A DNA stretch of 64,000 nt from Lama glama (taxonomy: Eukaryota). The notes under the pieces are model-generated. The model searched no databases. It worked only from the letters and a program-made list of their open reading frames with translations, and had not been told where the DNA came from. Location: NCBI GenBank assembly GCA_028534125.1, contig CM052817.1, positions 73,658,001 to 73,722,000 of the forward strand. Direction: 5' to 3'. The position numbers and the translations under genes are program-made. The stretch's first letter is position 1. Each line of letters opens with the position of its first letter. Shown in pieces: positions 35,801 to 50,400 of the stretch.

Positions 35801-38394
35801 TGGGTGATAGGTACTTTCACAAATAACAAGAATAAAATGTTATTTGGGCCATTAAGTTGGAATGGATATTGTCTATTTTTGTGTATGTGATGCAAGTTTT
35901 CTTTAATAGGTCTTGTATTTGTAAGCTCTTATCTGGCAGAAGAAATAATGGAAGGAAATAGTTCCTGTTGTGGTATTTGAAGTTTTCTGGAAGTTGTTAA
36001 GGCAGGATATAGAATATGAAGTAATCCTATGAAACTGTGTGGTTCTTTTCGTTTTGTATTTCAGGTACTGATTTGAGTCATTTCACAGGAAGAAGTTTAT
36101 TGCGGTTCCCTTATTTTCTGTTAGAGCCTCTGAATACTGACCATGCCACGACTTATAAACCCACAGACAAATACCATCATGGTGTTGTTAATCATTTCAC
36201 AAAGATCCAATGGTAGTAATGGTAGCTACCTTTGAACTGCAGGGTGCTGCGGTGAACAAGAGCCCATAGCAAACACATAAGGAAACCTCAGAAATTCACA
36301 AACCATTCAACTGTAGAGCTCAGTGAAAGTAAGACATCTCTTGGTTCTTCCAAGGGTAAGAAATCCAAACTGCCTTCTTATTTATGGCTCCTGCCTCAAA
36401 CTGGGCCAGATGCTTAATTAAACTATGTCACATCCTAGCACAACTGAAACCAATGAAGTGTAAGGAGAATAGGTTACCTGGAAACAGTAACTCCTTTGAG
36501 GAAGAGGTCACTTAGGAAACGGAGCTTTTGTTCAGGGCAGTCACCTACAAAATATGGGGCTGGAGTGTGGGCTTTGAGGGGCAGGAATCAAAGACTGGGT
36601 GTGGGTAGGGGATAAAAAAGCCATCTGTGAAAGCACAAGTTGTCATTAATGGGGAGATAGCAGATGGCAAAGGACCCAGTAGCAGATGCCAACCCTATGA
36701 CTACAAACACTTTATCGAAACATATAAAGGACTTTGTCACATAAAACACCCATACCCAGCCATTTAACACAAGAGGCAGTATTTTAGAACTTTCAGCTTT
36801 TCTACTTGAAAGCAACAATGGAAAGATAGTAGAAGAATTTGTAGTAAGCTAATATAAGAAATTTTTTGCCATTGGAGGAAGATTGCTACCTGAGTTACAT
36901 GCCTCTTTAATCGCTGTTATTAGCCTTTACACATAAGCCTTCTGGGTTATGTATTCTATAGTAAATTGTGTAAGAGCTTATGAAACAATTTAGTCACTCC
37001 AATGATCTTTAAATTTCCATAAAACTTGATTTGTCAAGAAACTCAGATAATTATGCTGAAAAGTTTTACATTTTCCACTTAGAGTCACCCAGAAGCTCTT
37101 TGAGATTGTACTTGTTTATTTCTTTCCTTTCTTGTGTTAGATTAAAAGAAAAAAGCTTATCATGATTCATTTCCTGTCGCTCACCCTCCCTATTTCCAAT
37201 ATGAGCTCAGATATAATTGCAGATAGTGCAGCTCCTTGCATCAGATAATTAAGTGAATAACTACTCTGCGCTAAGTTTTATGGTGAGTGGTAAAGATTTT
37301 TGATTGAGTAAAAAAACACATTTTCTCAAACAACTGCTAGATAGGTGTTCAAGGTTAATAATGTCAATGAGGAAAAAAATTAGAGGATAGTGCTAGATCA
37401 ATGTGCTAGCCTTTGGTTTTTGTAATGGTTGGGTACTTCAGGCTGGGCCTTGGGAGGACAGGTAAGTTTGACTTAGGTGGAGAGACTGTCTCAGAGGATA
37501 GGCCTAGAAGTTGATGAACAGCCTGGCGTGACGTGACCGGAGTGTAGGGCTGGACAGGGATTGGTGGATAGTTGGAAATAAAGCCGGCTACACAGGAGAG
37601 CCTTAGAGCAAGGAAGAGGTGACTGAGCTCAGTGAAGCAAAAAATAAGAAACTGTGGAAGGTTTTGTGATGATGTAAGCTTATGGGGAGGCAGTGGTGCT
37701 TGTGGGGTCACCCCGGAGGCTGTAAAGTAATCCAAGAGATGGGAACAGGGCTTGAATTAGAAGAGTTGCGCAGGGAGATCAGTGGGGAGGGAGACAGGGT
37801 GGTTATTAGCACTCAACTGGGAGTACGGAACAAAAGAGGTGAATGACATGGCTTTAAGATTATACATTTCAGTGATACTAAAAGTGATTGTATCATTGAT
37901 AGAAATGAATTTCAAGTACAATTCAGGGTGGAAAATAAAAATACACTCCTCTATACATGGTGAGTTTGAAATGGTAACAAGATGATGTCTCTCTTACTTA
38001 AATAGAGACTTTACATATAAAGGCCAAAAAGTAAAACTATTTTCTATCTTTCTGTTTTGCTATAGTGTAAGAAATATTAAAATATGAAATTTAGAGTTGG
38101 AATCCTGCTTTGCTCTACCACGTTCTGGTGATTGGATGCTCAGATTTGGTTTTCTTTTCTGTAAATCCAGGTTTATGATGAACTCCGATTAAATAATATA
38201 TATATAATATATATATATATATATTATGTATATATACAGAGTGGTTGTAAGGACTAAAATGAAACAATGTTTTTGAAAGCACCATGCATTTGGTAAAAAT
38301 TACATACTATATCACTAGATTTCCCCCCTCTTTAAATGTGAAAGAAGGAGAAAAGGAAATATACTTATCACTCAAAGGATTAAAAAGATCCATG

Positions 38395-38900
38395 AAGGCA
38401 TCAGTATAAACTCATTGTTTTATACGCACACATATACACATAGATATAAAGAGAAATAGACAGATGTGTTGTGTGTGTATATGTATATACATCTCCTAGC
38501 TCTGTCCGCTGAGAGGGCCTTACAGCAATGGCATCTCAGTAGCAATGAGCATATGTAGCCCAGGCCTTTTCTAAATACAGTTTTCCAATATGAGGAGCCA
38601 AAACTCCTTGTGGAAATGGCTGAATCGAGTAAGAAAGTGCTTAAAAAATGACGGGGCATGCCAACCTGAAGGAGCTCCCAGTGACCTACTACAGAGAAAT
38701 TTGAGCAACAAAATAAATAATGAAAGTAATGAATTATAACTGATAGAATAAAATAAATATCCATGAGTCTAATATACTAAAATATAAAAATGTACTAATA
38801 GAAGTAAATAATTGGATAACTAAATTAATAAGCAAGGAGAAGGGAAATATTTTTCTTACAGTAGAATTTCAATTAACAAATCTGGAAGAAATCACATGAA
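38395..38900 (+). mobile_element. Old L1 (L1MC/L1MD-type) 3' fragment
   Basis: ctagctctgtccgctgagagggcc...cagtagcaatgagcat...aaactccttgtggaaatggctga...aaataaatatccatgagtc. Confidence 0.7.
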
Positions 38901-41900
38901 TTATAATTAAGACAAAGATTCAAAGGTAAACAGCAATCTAGCCTGTTTGATAGTTCAAACTCTCAAAATTTCTATCAGTGAATTGTTTTTAGCTACAGAA
39001 TTTATTACTTATTAACTAATTGTGTCTACGTCTTCATAGAGGGAAAAACTTAGGAGACACAATTATCTTGTACAGTTTAGAATAACTTTTGCTCTCTCTT
39101 GAACTTCCAGACACATTCAAAAAAAGAGACTGTTGTATTTTTTTAATTTACTGTAAAGCTATAATGGAATTATAAATGCAAAACAGAATTGTTTGGGGTT
39201 TTTTGTTTTACATATATTTCTGCAGATTTTTACCTAAATTAATATTTTAAAAAATGGCACATGCAAAGAACTTATGTATAGTATATCAACAATATAACTC
39301 AAATTACTAGAATTGTATTTTATCCATGATCATGCGATTTTTCAAATATCTGAAGTTGGTCTTAATGAATCACGTGTCTGTCTTATACTAAGCATCACTC
39401 TCTTGACATAGATGACCTTGACATTGCTGCAATGCTTTTCTTATTTTTCTTATTTTATCCCTGAATCCTTTTTAAGTAAAATGTCAATTTAAAAGATCTT
39501 TGTTTTGGTAATGGGTAGAAGTATATTTATTTGTTTCCTGATGATAAAATAACATTGCAACTAGACATTTGTTGAGCACTTTCCATCTTCCCGCTGATGT
39601 GCAAAATTATAATTTTCTGTAGTTTGATTACTGGGATAATTGTCCTTCTTCTCTGCTTCTTTTTTGTAACTAAGAAACACCATGAATCTGCAAGGATCTG
39701 TATAATACGCTGCTTCTGCTTCAGTGGTGATAATGTATGACCGAGTTGCCCTTTTTCCACTTAGGCCGTGAGAATTAACTTTCTCTCTGAAATACCATAG
39801 TTGAATCTCTGATAATTTTCTGCTCTCCATATACAAGTAGTACTCTCACAACTCATGACTCACCCCCTGGTCCCTCCCAGCAGTGCATTCCATTTCTCAT
39901 TTTAATTAACTTCGTCACCTCATAGCTGAACTAAGTAAAAATTTTCCTTCTGTTTTCTTTACCCATAGGAATTCACTTGCCCACCTCAATCTAGCTTGGT
40001 AAAATATTTAGGTATGTAATGTTGGTTCACTTACAACACTAAATTCTTAGTTATAGTCAAATGTATGATGATATTGTAAGTTGAGCATGTGTTTTAAACC
40101 ACCTCCTGCAGAGCACTCGACCACTGATCAGAGACCATACAGGTACTTCTGTTAACATTACATGCATTTTCTCTAAGTAAATACTGTATGATATAGTGAT
40201 AACTATATGTGTTTACCTAGGAGAGTTTAGGTTCTTTCTCTAAGCCTATGGACTTCAGAGTTTTAATGCGTGGTGAGAACAGTGTCCTGTGTGGAACAGC
40301 CTAATGCCCTGGTGTCAAGGGATTTGATGAGCTTGCTGTGCACATAATGATGGACAATTTTCTTCCTGATACAGGCAATGTCACCATTGCCTAAGACAGA
40401 GTAGATTCTAAACATCTAATTACTATTTTTGTGTCCTTAACTCCAGTTTGTCATAGATTAGTCTTCTGAATCAGACTTAGAAAGCAAATTTGGGTAACTT
40501 GTAGAGTGTACCAAGCATAAGCAGTTATCACAGAATAGAACAGAACCAGAGGTTTTAGTATTTTGTGAACAGCTATTCTCAATTGCATGTGTTAACAAGG
40601 AAATTAACGATGCTATGAAGGATGGGACAGAAAGTTTTCTGGAAAAATATTTTTTAACCTTTCCATGTGCTTGTGTATTTAAATGTTAATACATTATATT
40701 TGCATCTTAAAGTCACACTAATGTTTAAGACTATAAATTAATAATTGTGTAAACTATTAATTTTACTATTTTCAATATAAATTTCCTTGTCTTTGTAGGA
40801 CTTGAAACTTTCCTTTGGGGTGTATGAAGTCTAAAAATTAGGCTGGCAATGCTGTCTCATAACTCCTATTTGCATTGTTTCTCCCCTTAACCTTGATCCT
40901 GTTCAAACTCCAGTGCATATTAATGGCATGTCTAGCTGCCCTAAAGCTTGGTTAAACTCAGTAACTTTCCTTGCTCTCTACCTGCTCTATTTTAATGAAT
41001 GTCACCCAAGCTCCTATGATGAGGTGGCTGCAGGCCAGTGACTGAGGCATACAGCTTATTTAGGTATAGGCTGTTTTCCTGAAATCTGAGTTTCATTCCT
41101 TGTGATGCATTTCTGTGTTCCTGTGGTTTATAAAACTTTTGAAGGAGTCCCTCTCCCAATATGTATATGTTTCTCCCACTGGAAAGCTGCTAAAAAGCAG
41201 GCACATCGTTGTAATGCAAAAGTAAAGCAAGGAAGAGTGCAGCTCACTTAGACTTTAAAGGCTGCACAAGCACCTGTGGCGTATCAGCATATTTTGTAGA
41301 CTCTCTCAAGTGGGGACCAACCTGCAGGACAGAACACCAAAGGCACACTTCTGTTGCAACAAGCAGTGTATTGTAACTGAGTATAAAACCTTCTCACATT
41401 CCTGCACACTAAAGCACAGGAGAGTTAAATGGGATCTTTGTGATTGTCCATATCCTGAAGAAGCAGTTTTTCTCTATGTGAAACCACATGCATTTTCATA
41501 GGAGACTCAGGGATAAAAACACAGCTGGGCAAGATATAAGAATGAAATGTATAGACAAGAGCTTTAAGGGTTCAAAGGCTTCCGCCTCCACTTTCCTCCT
41601 TGAGTTCAATTATCATTTAATACCATGAAGTAAATAGGTCAAGAATTTGACCTACCAGAGTAGTAAAGTTGACCAGGAAAGTGTCTCTATCATATAAAAG
41701 AAAAAATAGAATACTACTCTGAGATGTTACAACACTCAGCCCATAAATGCTAATACAACTTGATTAGAGGGTTTTGTTTTTTTCCTAGTTAGCTCATTTT
41801 GAAGTAGGTTCTTCTCTGAGAAAGCTTATCCTTGGAATTCTGTTCTTAAGGCATGATATGTATGTATATGTATGTACATATGTATCTATAATCTATACAT

Positions 41901-42879
41901 CTACATTTTTCAAAGTTTTATTTCCATTTTTATATGTGTTTTGATAATAATAATAATATCTACTTCTCCCGTCCTGAGTGTTCAATATATTGAAGTTAGA
42001 GTGTTACAGTTTTACTGAAGTATGTACTTCAAATGTACTTAAGGGAAGGATCATTTTAATAAGATTTAACAAAGGGATGGATCCTTTTCATAAGTGTGTG
42101 AAATTGAAAAACAAATTCTGTAAATTAAAAAGTATCGAAATTTAAAGTATAGGATCTTTTTGCAGCACTACTTTGTACCTTCCAACTCCAGCCTGAGGCA
42201 TGAAGGAAACGGCCCATGAAATAGATGGGCGCCTTTGGGATCCAACATTAGACCCGATGTGGTTGCAGAGACTGGGCTCAGCTGGATATCACATAATTAC
42301 CTTATCCCCGATGTAAGAAACAGTCAACACTGGGGTTTTTATTGGGTCATGGGGAATTTCAGCAGCCATCAATACTTGAGAATCAAGCCATCATCTCTTG
42401 GCCAGCATGGTACCCTTCACTGATATTGATCATGGGACTGAGATTCAGTGTTGGGAAAAGAAAAATGTGATGAACGTACCTTGGAAGTTGTACGACCCAT
42501 GACCCTCTTCCCAGCAGCCCTCTAGCAAGAGAGAGGCACTAGCATTTTGATCACACAGACAAAATTTAGCCGTAAGTGTTACTCCTCTTTAGTGACAACA
42601 TGTGAAGGAAAAAGAAGTTATACTGTGGGAGTAACATAATTTTTAGTTGTCTTGAGATACAGGGGAAGGTACAAGGACTTGCTTCTAAATGGTTGGTAAG
42701 TGAGACAGGGGAACAGGAGAAGCTTCTTCTGAAGATGATTTCATTGTGAGCTACCACTGAGTGGAAGTCTGAGGAAGTCTGACCCATTTGTCCTGAAATT
42801 AAGGATGAATGGAGGCAGCCAATGGGATGCCGAGAGAAATAAGAACATATAGGCTCTATACTTGTTTTTTGCAATTATT

Positions 42880-43315
42880 TGTTGTTTACTTAATTCTCAC
42901 AGTAAGATAGATATTTTCAACCTCATCTTTTATGTGAAGAAAATGAGGCTTAGAATGATGAATTCATTTGCCCCCAAATCTCACAGCAAATAAGTCCTTG
43001 AGTGAGAGACAGATTCCAGATATCTCATTCCAAAGCCTATGCCTGCTCTTTAACCCATACTATGACACAATATCCGATTTTGTAATACTTTTAAGTTAAA
43101 CTGTAGAATAGATAATAGATATGATTTGGGGCCATCCAATCCAAAAAAAGAATAAAGGTAAAAATAAATAATCATAGCTAACATTTCCTGAACAAAGCTA
43201 TGTGTCAGGCACTGTGCTAAGCACATAAGATGTAGCAATGTATTTAATCTGTCAGCAATACCATGGGGTAGAAATGATTACGACCCCCATTGTCAAATGG
43301 AAAAAGTAAAGTTTA
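42880..43315 (-). mobile_element. Two adjacent MIR SINE remnants
   Basis: gaagaaaatgaggcttaga...ccaaagcctatg, and atagctaacatttcctgaac...tatgtgtcaggcactgtgctaagcac. Confidence 0.65.
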
Positions 43316-44953
43316 AAAAGGAAGAAAGAGAAAACTTTGGACAACCTGTATCTGTACTTCTCCATCTTATGATGCTAGAGAGAAAAGTATCTGTGATCTG
43401 GATTATAGATCACTAAGATACACAAAAATATTTCTAAGATTTCAGGGAACAAAGCAAAATGCATAGAGGGACCTCTTAAGAGTCATAATGTAGTTTATAC
43501 TATAGTATAGTAAGGTCTTCAATAATAAGATTAAAGGAAGAAGGAGAATGGTTAAAATTATCAAGTGCTCAAGTCCGACTCACATCTCCAGCAATCAAAA
43601 TAGCTTCACAGCAGATGTCTAAGTCCTCCACGTCTTCCACAGGAATCTGTTGTAAGAGTGGAGGACAGATGAGTTAGGTCTCATAGATCCAAAATATCAA
43701 ATGGTTGGTTAATTGGAAGTCAGCTTATCAAACTGCAGCTGGAGATAGTTCTCAAATTTCTTGAAAGTTAGTTTTTTCACTGGGCCACAGGGAGCACCCA
43801 AACATAAGTACAAAGCAAACTGGAAAAGGAAGGCCATTGAGGTATTGTTGACCCCAGACGCAAAAAGGTGGGCAGCACGAGGAGGTCTTTGAGTGCCATT
43901 TCTGCTTTGCTGAATGGTGAGGTCAAGGATCTGTATGATATCTTTCTAACATAGAGAGATCGATCCTCCCTTATCTTACTGTGGGATATTAATAAACTGA
44001 ACTATTTTGGGTTCCAGAGCCAAGAGAAGGAAACTTAGCAGAAATGGTTTTTAACATTTGATCCCCAAAGCGGCTAAAATCGAACGTTATTAAAATAGAA
44101 TGAACATATTTCAGTAAAATTGACATTTTAAAAATGTCAGTGGTTAATGGAGGCTAGATTTATACTTATCGATGATTCTTTTTTAGGAAGAATTTCCATA
44201 ACATGCTTCTTAGTCAACCAAATAGAACATGACCTATGTGTTTATTGAAATTTGACAAAATCTGATTAGAATCTTGGAGTAGAGTCCTTTGAGTTATCAA
44301 AATATGAAGTTAGAAATAAATGTTATTGCCATAGGCACTTAGAAATTGGAAAATTTCAAACTTCCGAAGTGTCATAAAAAAAGAAGGCAAGAATTTGAAT
44401 TTTTATGGTGCTCCTTTTTACAAAATGCACATTTACCGCAGTTAACATATATCTGAGTCACTGATGTCTACTAGTGGTTAAGATTGTAGAATTCCACCTA
44501 ATCACTTTAATTAGTTGTTTTTTATGAATGAAAGTAGGAAATGCACATCTTTTTTATGAGTACTTACTGTACATTGATTCATGAATTTGCTATATTATTG
44601 GTTGTTGTTGTTTACAAAAGGTTAGTTTTTGCATTAAAGGTAAGACATGTTAGAAGTAAGGATACATGTGAAGAAATAAAGAGAAACAGTGGAGAGGAGG
44701 AGGAGGAAGTGAGTGGCACAGACTGGAGGCAGTGTCAGAGACGGTCTTGGCCGCAGAGAGGTAATGGCTGTGAAGAGGGTTAGATGTGACAGTAAGTGCA
44801 GGAATCTATTGATGACCTATTATTATCAATTTTAAAAACAGCCTATAATGCAAGAGCAGAGAGCAGCTGGACAGGTGGAAAGAATGGAATGAAAAGAGGT
44901 TTCTACCACACAGAATACCTTGGAGGCCCATGATGGCCAATCTGCAGAGCTGC

Positions 44954-44979
44954 GTGTGTGTGTGTGTGTGTGTGTGTGT
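44954..44979. repeat. (GT)n microsatellite
   Basis: Seen directly. Confidence 0.9.
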
Positions 44980-45524
44980 AGACATCTATTGTCAGAGTAA
45001 TCTATTTTACCTCTAGAGAACAATCACTGCATTTGTCTGGCATTAGCAGTGATTCCTCTCTGTGGAGTTTAGGTGTGGATGAAATATCCATGGTGTGATC
45101 AATTGTCTTAAAACCATCTTCTGGCTTGTGGCTACTATCACTTTTGTGGTTATTTGTATTTTTGGTCTTTTCACCCTCCTCACATTCAGATGATTACCAG
45201 TAGGTTCAGTGCCTAGACCATTTCACTACAAAATCAAACATCTGAAAAAATAATCACATAGGAGCTGACAGAATAGTAATGTGAACAAAACCAAGGAGCA
45301 TTTCCTGATAATTGAATAGATAGCTGCAGACTGCCGTTCTCAGAGATTTCTTGGAGCATTTCTGTGTGTACATCAGACATATTACACATTTGTCTCTTTT
45401 TATTTAAGTGATATGTTTGGGTCTGGCATATAGTGCTGAATAAATATGGGATGAATGAAATAAATGTTTGCAGAGCAATCTTATTTTAAATGTGTTAGGG
45501 AAGAATTTTATTTTTTATATACTC

Positions 45525-46220
45525 AGTAATTAATTATGGGTGTCTGCTATATTAGAGGCATTATCAGAAGCACTAGAGACAAACGGAAAAAGAAAATATG
45601 AAGAGCTCATACTCTAGTGAAGGAAACAGGCACAAAAAGAGGTGATTACAGACAGTGCAGTGTAGCTGTCACTGTGATGACTCCATGTTCACAATAGGCC
45701 CTTAATCCTGGCCAGGCAGGGCTTCCAAGAGAAGTCTTGTCAATACACAGGGAGACAGGAAGGTGGTCCCGATGGAGTATTAGTTGTTTATAAAAGTCCA
45801 GAAGAAATTACAAGCAAACAGGTTAAGATGAGGGAGGGAGGGGGTTAGATCCCGAAGGACTCTGTATACTGCAGTAAAGATTTTCCCTTTTATCCTGAAG
45901 ATTATAAGAAGTGCCCTGAACAGGTTTAAGCTTTGGAAAGATCACTCTGGCTGTGGTGTACAGAATGGATTGGAACAGAGCAGGACTAGAAAGCGGAAAC
46001 TCTTTATGAGATGGTTATGCTCAATCAACCGAGAATTAATTCCTGACTTAACAGAGTGGCAAAGGGATGGAAAAAAGTAGACCCCTCAGGACTGGGTGTA
46101 AGAAAAGGGAATGTCAAAAACGTCAGCATTTCCAGTTTAAGCAGCAAGGTGTGTAGGGGCGCTTGTTGTGAGAAGACAAGGTGAGGAGCAGGTTTCGGGA
46201 GGACAGTAGCTCAGGGGAGA
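45525..46220 (-). mobile_element. L2 LINE remnant
   Basis: gagctcatactctagtga; ttttatcctgaag; tttggaaagatcactctggctg...agaatggattgga. Confidence 0.65.
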
Positions 46221-46576
46221 GATTCTTTATTGACCTGAAAAAGCTCTGAGATGGTTTAAATACCAGCTTTAAAGATCTAGTAGAAAGGAAAAACATTTCT
46301 ATTAAAAAGATTTTAAAAATAACTCCTCTTAAAAGGAAAATTCTTAAGTTTTAGAAACAGGTCTGTATTTTCTTATCATATTTACGTTCCTTCCCTTCTT
46401 ACCTTCTGCAGAGAAGATACGTGATACATTGACCTCATAGAGTGATTTATAGACTTATAACTCTAAAGATTATACACATACAAACATTAGCATGAGTCTA
46501 TTTACTGTAGTTCATTATAATACGCATGAGAATAAATTTCAAGATGGCCACAGACGGTTCTCTGTCAAGTATTCAT

Positions 46577-46672
46577 TTCTTCTTCTTTTTCTTTTAATGT
46601 AGGTACTGGGGATTGAACCCAGGACCTCGTGCATGCTAAGCATGCCCTCTACCACTGAGTTATACCAGCTCC
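46577..46672 (-). mobile_element. tRNA-Ala-derived camelid SINE
   Basis: aggtactggggattgaacccaggacctcgtgcatgctaagcatgccctctaccactgagttatacc, with a T-rich tail on the left. Confidence 0.88.
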
Positions 46673-47450
46673 TCCTCCCCATATTTATGTCTTAACAACA
46701 TATGGTGAATAACATTGTAGCTTGCAGGACATAAGACCACATTGGCACAATTTTGGAAAAACTGAATTAATGATATTAATTTTATGTTTCTATTTTTATA
46801 TTCCCATGGTTTTTGATTGCCTGTAAAATTTTTTGTTGTCAAAAAAAAAGTAGAGGATAATTAAAAACTTTTCAAAATTCTCCCATTTTCCAGGGAGAAC
46901 AAGTGACATAGAATCAGGATATTTATTCCAATATGAATAATATGTGAAAGATTATAAACATTTACACCTTAAGGTGCATAGAATAAATTTGCTCTAGAGA
47001 GATCTTGAAATACAGCCCTAACTAATTATCAGTTGGACAATAAAGTTCAGGTTCTTTCTGGTGCTCCAAGTGTTCACAGTCTTCGAAATAAGCTGAATTT
47101 AGCCTATCATTTTATAATTGCAGTTCATTAATTCTTGATTAAATGCACACTCAACATGCAGTTTTTAAAATACTAGTGATACCATATTTTACAATCAGTC
47201 CCTGAGGTAAGTATAGCACAACTGGATGAACCTACTTGATTCAGTGTTTTAACACAGTACAAGGAAATCAGTTACCATCCTCATAATATATCAGTTTAAT
47301 CGGTAATTTTGATAAATACTCATATCCGTTCCAGTTTGAACCAGTATTAGATATTTATTTTGAACTTGAATTTGTTCTTGAGTGATCAATGCCTGTCTAT
47401 AGCCTGGCAGTGTATTTTAAATGTCTGTGTCTCCTGCTTCATTGCAAATG

Positions 47451-47453
<3 letters not shown>

Positions 47454-47482
<29 letters not shown>
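47454..47482. repeat. (TG)n microsatellite
   Basis: Seen directly. Confidence 0.9.
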
Positions 47483-47484
<2 letters not shown>

Positions 47485-50400
47485 CTGTGTGCATTTATTT
47501 TGTTTGGAAAATATTATTTTAAAATAATTTGAGACCAACAGATTAACATATCTGATTACATTGAACTAGACTCTGTTTTACAACTGAAGACATTCTTTCA
47601 GTAATGACAAATGTATCAAAACACTTAAACCCTTATATAATATATATATTATATATGTCATAACCCAAAAAGTTAATAAACAGTGGCTATTTTTCTAGAG
47701 CCTCTACGGTGACTGCACTAACTGAGAATATAAATGCATGTAGCTTAATGCCTGTGAACCATCAAAGGGAAACATTGTCCAGATACTGAGTGAAGTGGGA
47801 ATTGAGCAGTATGGTAGGGATAAGTGAATTTTTATTTGCTGGTCTCAGTCATGGATAATTCATTTGAGCTTAGGAGTGGGGTTTCCAATATGCTTAATTG
47901 TCGGACATTATTTGGAGAGTTTGATCATAAATTCTCATTAGGACAGCACTTCGGTTTATCTTGTCCTAAAGCTCAAGTACCATGTCTCACCGCTGTGGCA
48001 TGTGAGAGACCTCTTTGATAGATACGTCTAGACAATTGTGGCATCAACATTCAGAGCAGAGCTGGTCAGCTTTCTCCTCAGCCACTGAGAACGTTGCCCC
48101 TTCAAGCACTAGACTTTCCCCATTAACTGAGCTACAGTTACACCATGCACCATTCATTGATTGGAAGATCACCTTGATAGAGGACTTTTCAGATTGCCTC
48201 TATCAGCTGTCTTCCTCATTTACAGATGGAAACTTACAAGGAATGTCAGTGAACTAAAACACTGACTTATGTTTCAAAAGGTAAATCTTAAAGCCAGATT
48301 GTAATGGAGCCCCCTTCCTGCTTTTTGACTTTCATCACTTGACCCTCTCTATAAACAAAGCTTGTCCGGAACTCCTGCTTTAGTAGTGAACCTTTTTCTG
48401 AGTATTATGTACACACATATTTTTCTTCAGAAAAAGTGGGAGTGCACAATGGCTAAATTGTTTTATTCATGTTGTGTTTCAAAATCCAGTTTAACACGAC
48501 AGCATAGAATTAGTCAAATGGCCCTTTAGGCTGGCTTTGCACTCCCTCCACTTCTTGTCTCATAGTCTCTTTAATGTCAGGCAACGACATTTATCGAGGG
48601 CCCACTTTGTGGTGGGCCTTGTGTGGAGGAGCCTCCAGAAAAGTTGTTAGCACTGTTTACTGAAGAATGTCCTCTTTTATATACTAGAAGTCAAGAGACA
48701 GCAGTCTGGAATGGAAATAATAGCTGGCAGGAACGTAAAATTAAATTGGCTAATTGATGTTTGCGGGCACATAAATAGCCTGGCAATATTCACTTCAGTT
48801 AATTTGTGTACAGCATAAACAGTAAAACTCCTTTGTACTGACCTCAAGTGGCAAAGTTATGCCACACTTTAATATAGGGAATCGAGTGTAGATCTATAAA
48901 TTATGCAGCAATTGTCCTTATCGATCAATTATATAACAGATCCAACTGGTGAAAATCATTACATATTTAACTTTAGCCAAAGAAATGATATTGAATGTAC
49001 CCAGACAAGGGGGAAAATAGCATGCCGCCTCGGTTGTTGCACAAAATGTTCCAGTTTTATTTCCACAGGTCAGTGGTTCCCAAAGTTAGAAGAACTTGTC
49101 CTTGGTTTTGTGTGGTTGGGCATGGAGAATTTTTGCACAAAATTTGAGTAATGAAATATGACTCTAATCAGATAAATACATTTGACCAAAACAATCAGTC
49201 TTCAATTATGGTTACCATGGTGAAAAAAAAAGGAGATGGTTTGTAGTCTAAGCAGATTTCTAAATTCAGCAAATGTAACATAAATCTTACATATTAGGAA
49301 TGATCTGCAAAATACAAAGTGCTAACTAAATATCATGTTAGGACAATTTGTTTTGCACATGCATAGTTTAGGTTGAGAGAGACTCTACATTGATTTTTAA
49401 AGATATGTGTGATAGATATTCTTGAATAACCCTTACAACTTGGAAAAGAGGGAAAATTTAATTTCTATGATTCTGAATGAACCTTTTTTTCTGATGTGCC
49501 ACTTTAAAGACTTCTGGCAAAATATTTTTTTCAGTATGTTTAATATGATAGCACTTGCCCTTTAAGAACACATTTTTAGTCTGAGGAAGAATAAAACCCC
49601 TACTAGCTTATGCAGTTGGTTTGCAAAAACTTGTTCTACAACGTCCTATAAAGCTGTCTTACTATGTCAGTTTTGGTAAGCGAGCCCATTCCAGGTGAAG
49701 GTTGTTTTACAAATTATGAGGTGTAGAAAACTGGCAGGGTGTGGTTTCCAAAATGTTTCCAGGTTTGCAGTGGGGCTAGTATTCAGTAATGGTGTAGTCA
49801 GAGCAAAAGAGGCCTCATCTTGGAAAAGAGCTCCTGGTTACCAACCTAGAGATTTTCATATTTCACACTGTGGTCCTTTCATCTTCCCTCATGAGTCTCC
49901 CAGGGAAATGCTACTGAACATAGTCAGCTCATAGAACCAGAGATGCATGATGTGCAAGATGCTGAGTAGTTCTAATCTTTTTTTTTTTTTTGCTTTTCAT
50001 GCTAATGAACTAAATAGATGGTTTGCTTCAACCACCACCTTGTGTTAGATGTATGTTTGTGTTAACAGTTCTGTTTCATAGAAGTAAAGAACTTCAGAGC
50101 TGGAAGGGATATAGAAATCATCCAGTCTCATCCCCTTATTTTAAGAAAGAGAATGAAAGCCCAGATTTGATAGAGACACACAGATCCACCCAGGTAAATT
50201 AGTGGTAGAACCAAAATCTGGGATTCGTTACTCCGAGCTAAGAGGTCTTTTTACGCCTCTGCAGGACCTGCGATCTAACTCTTCAGGTTAAATTATAGAA
50301 CTGAGGCAGTTATTTCTTCTCCAAGGTGTTAGTTTTCTGATGTTTCTGTAGTCATTGCTTCTTCTTAAAACTGTAGTGGATGGTTTTCAGATTTGCTGTC

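Noticed and set aside
43430..44050. Possible decayed ancient LINE (RTE/R4-like) coding remnant
   Set aside because: This is only a vague impression; I could not read convincing protein motifs by eye, and a Dfam search would be needed.
44121..44139. Near-perfect palindrome tgacatttt-a-aaaatgtca
   Set aside because: AT-rich 9-bp arms are plausible by chance in 64 kb.
46598..46672. tRNA-Ala(AGC) gene (also at 17204 and 32768)
   Set aside because: The acceptor stem is broken, and the A-rich tails, TSDs and dispersed diverged copies indicate SINEs rather than tRNA genes.
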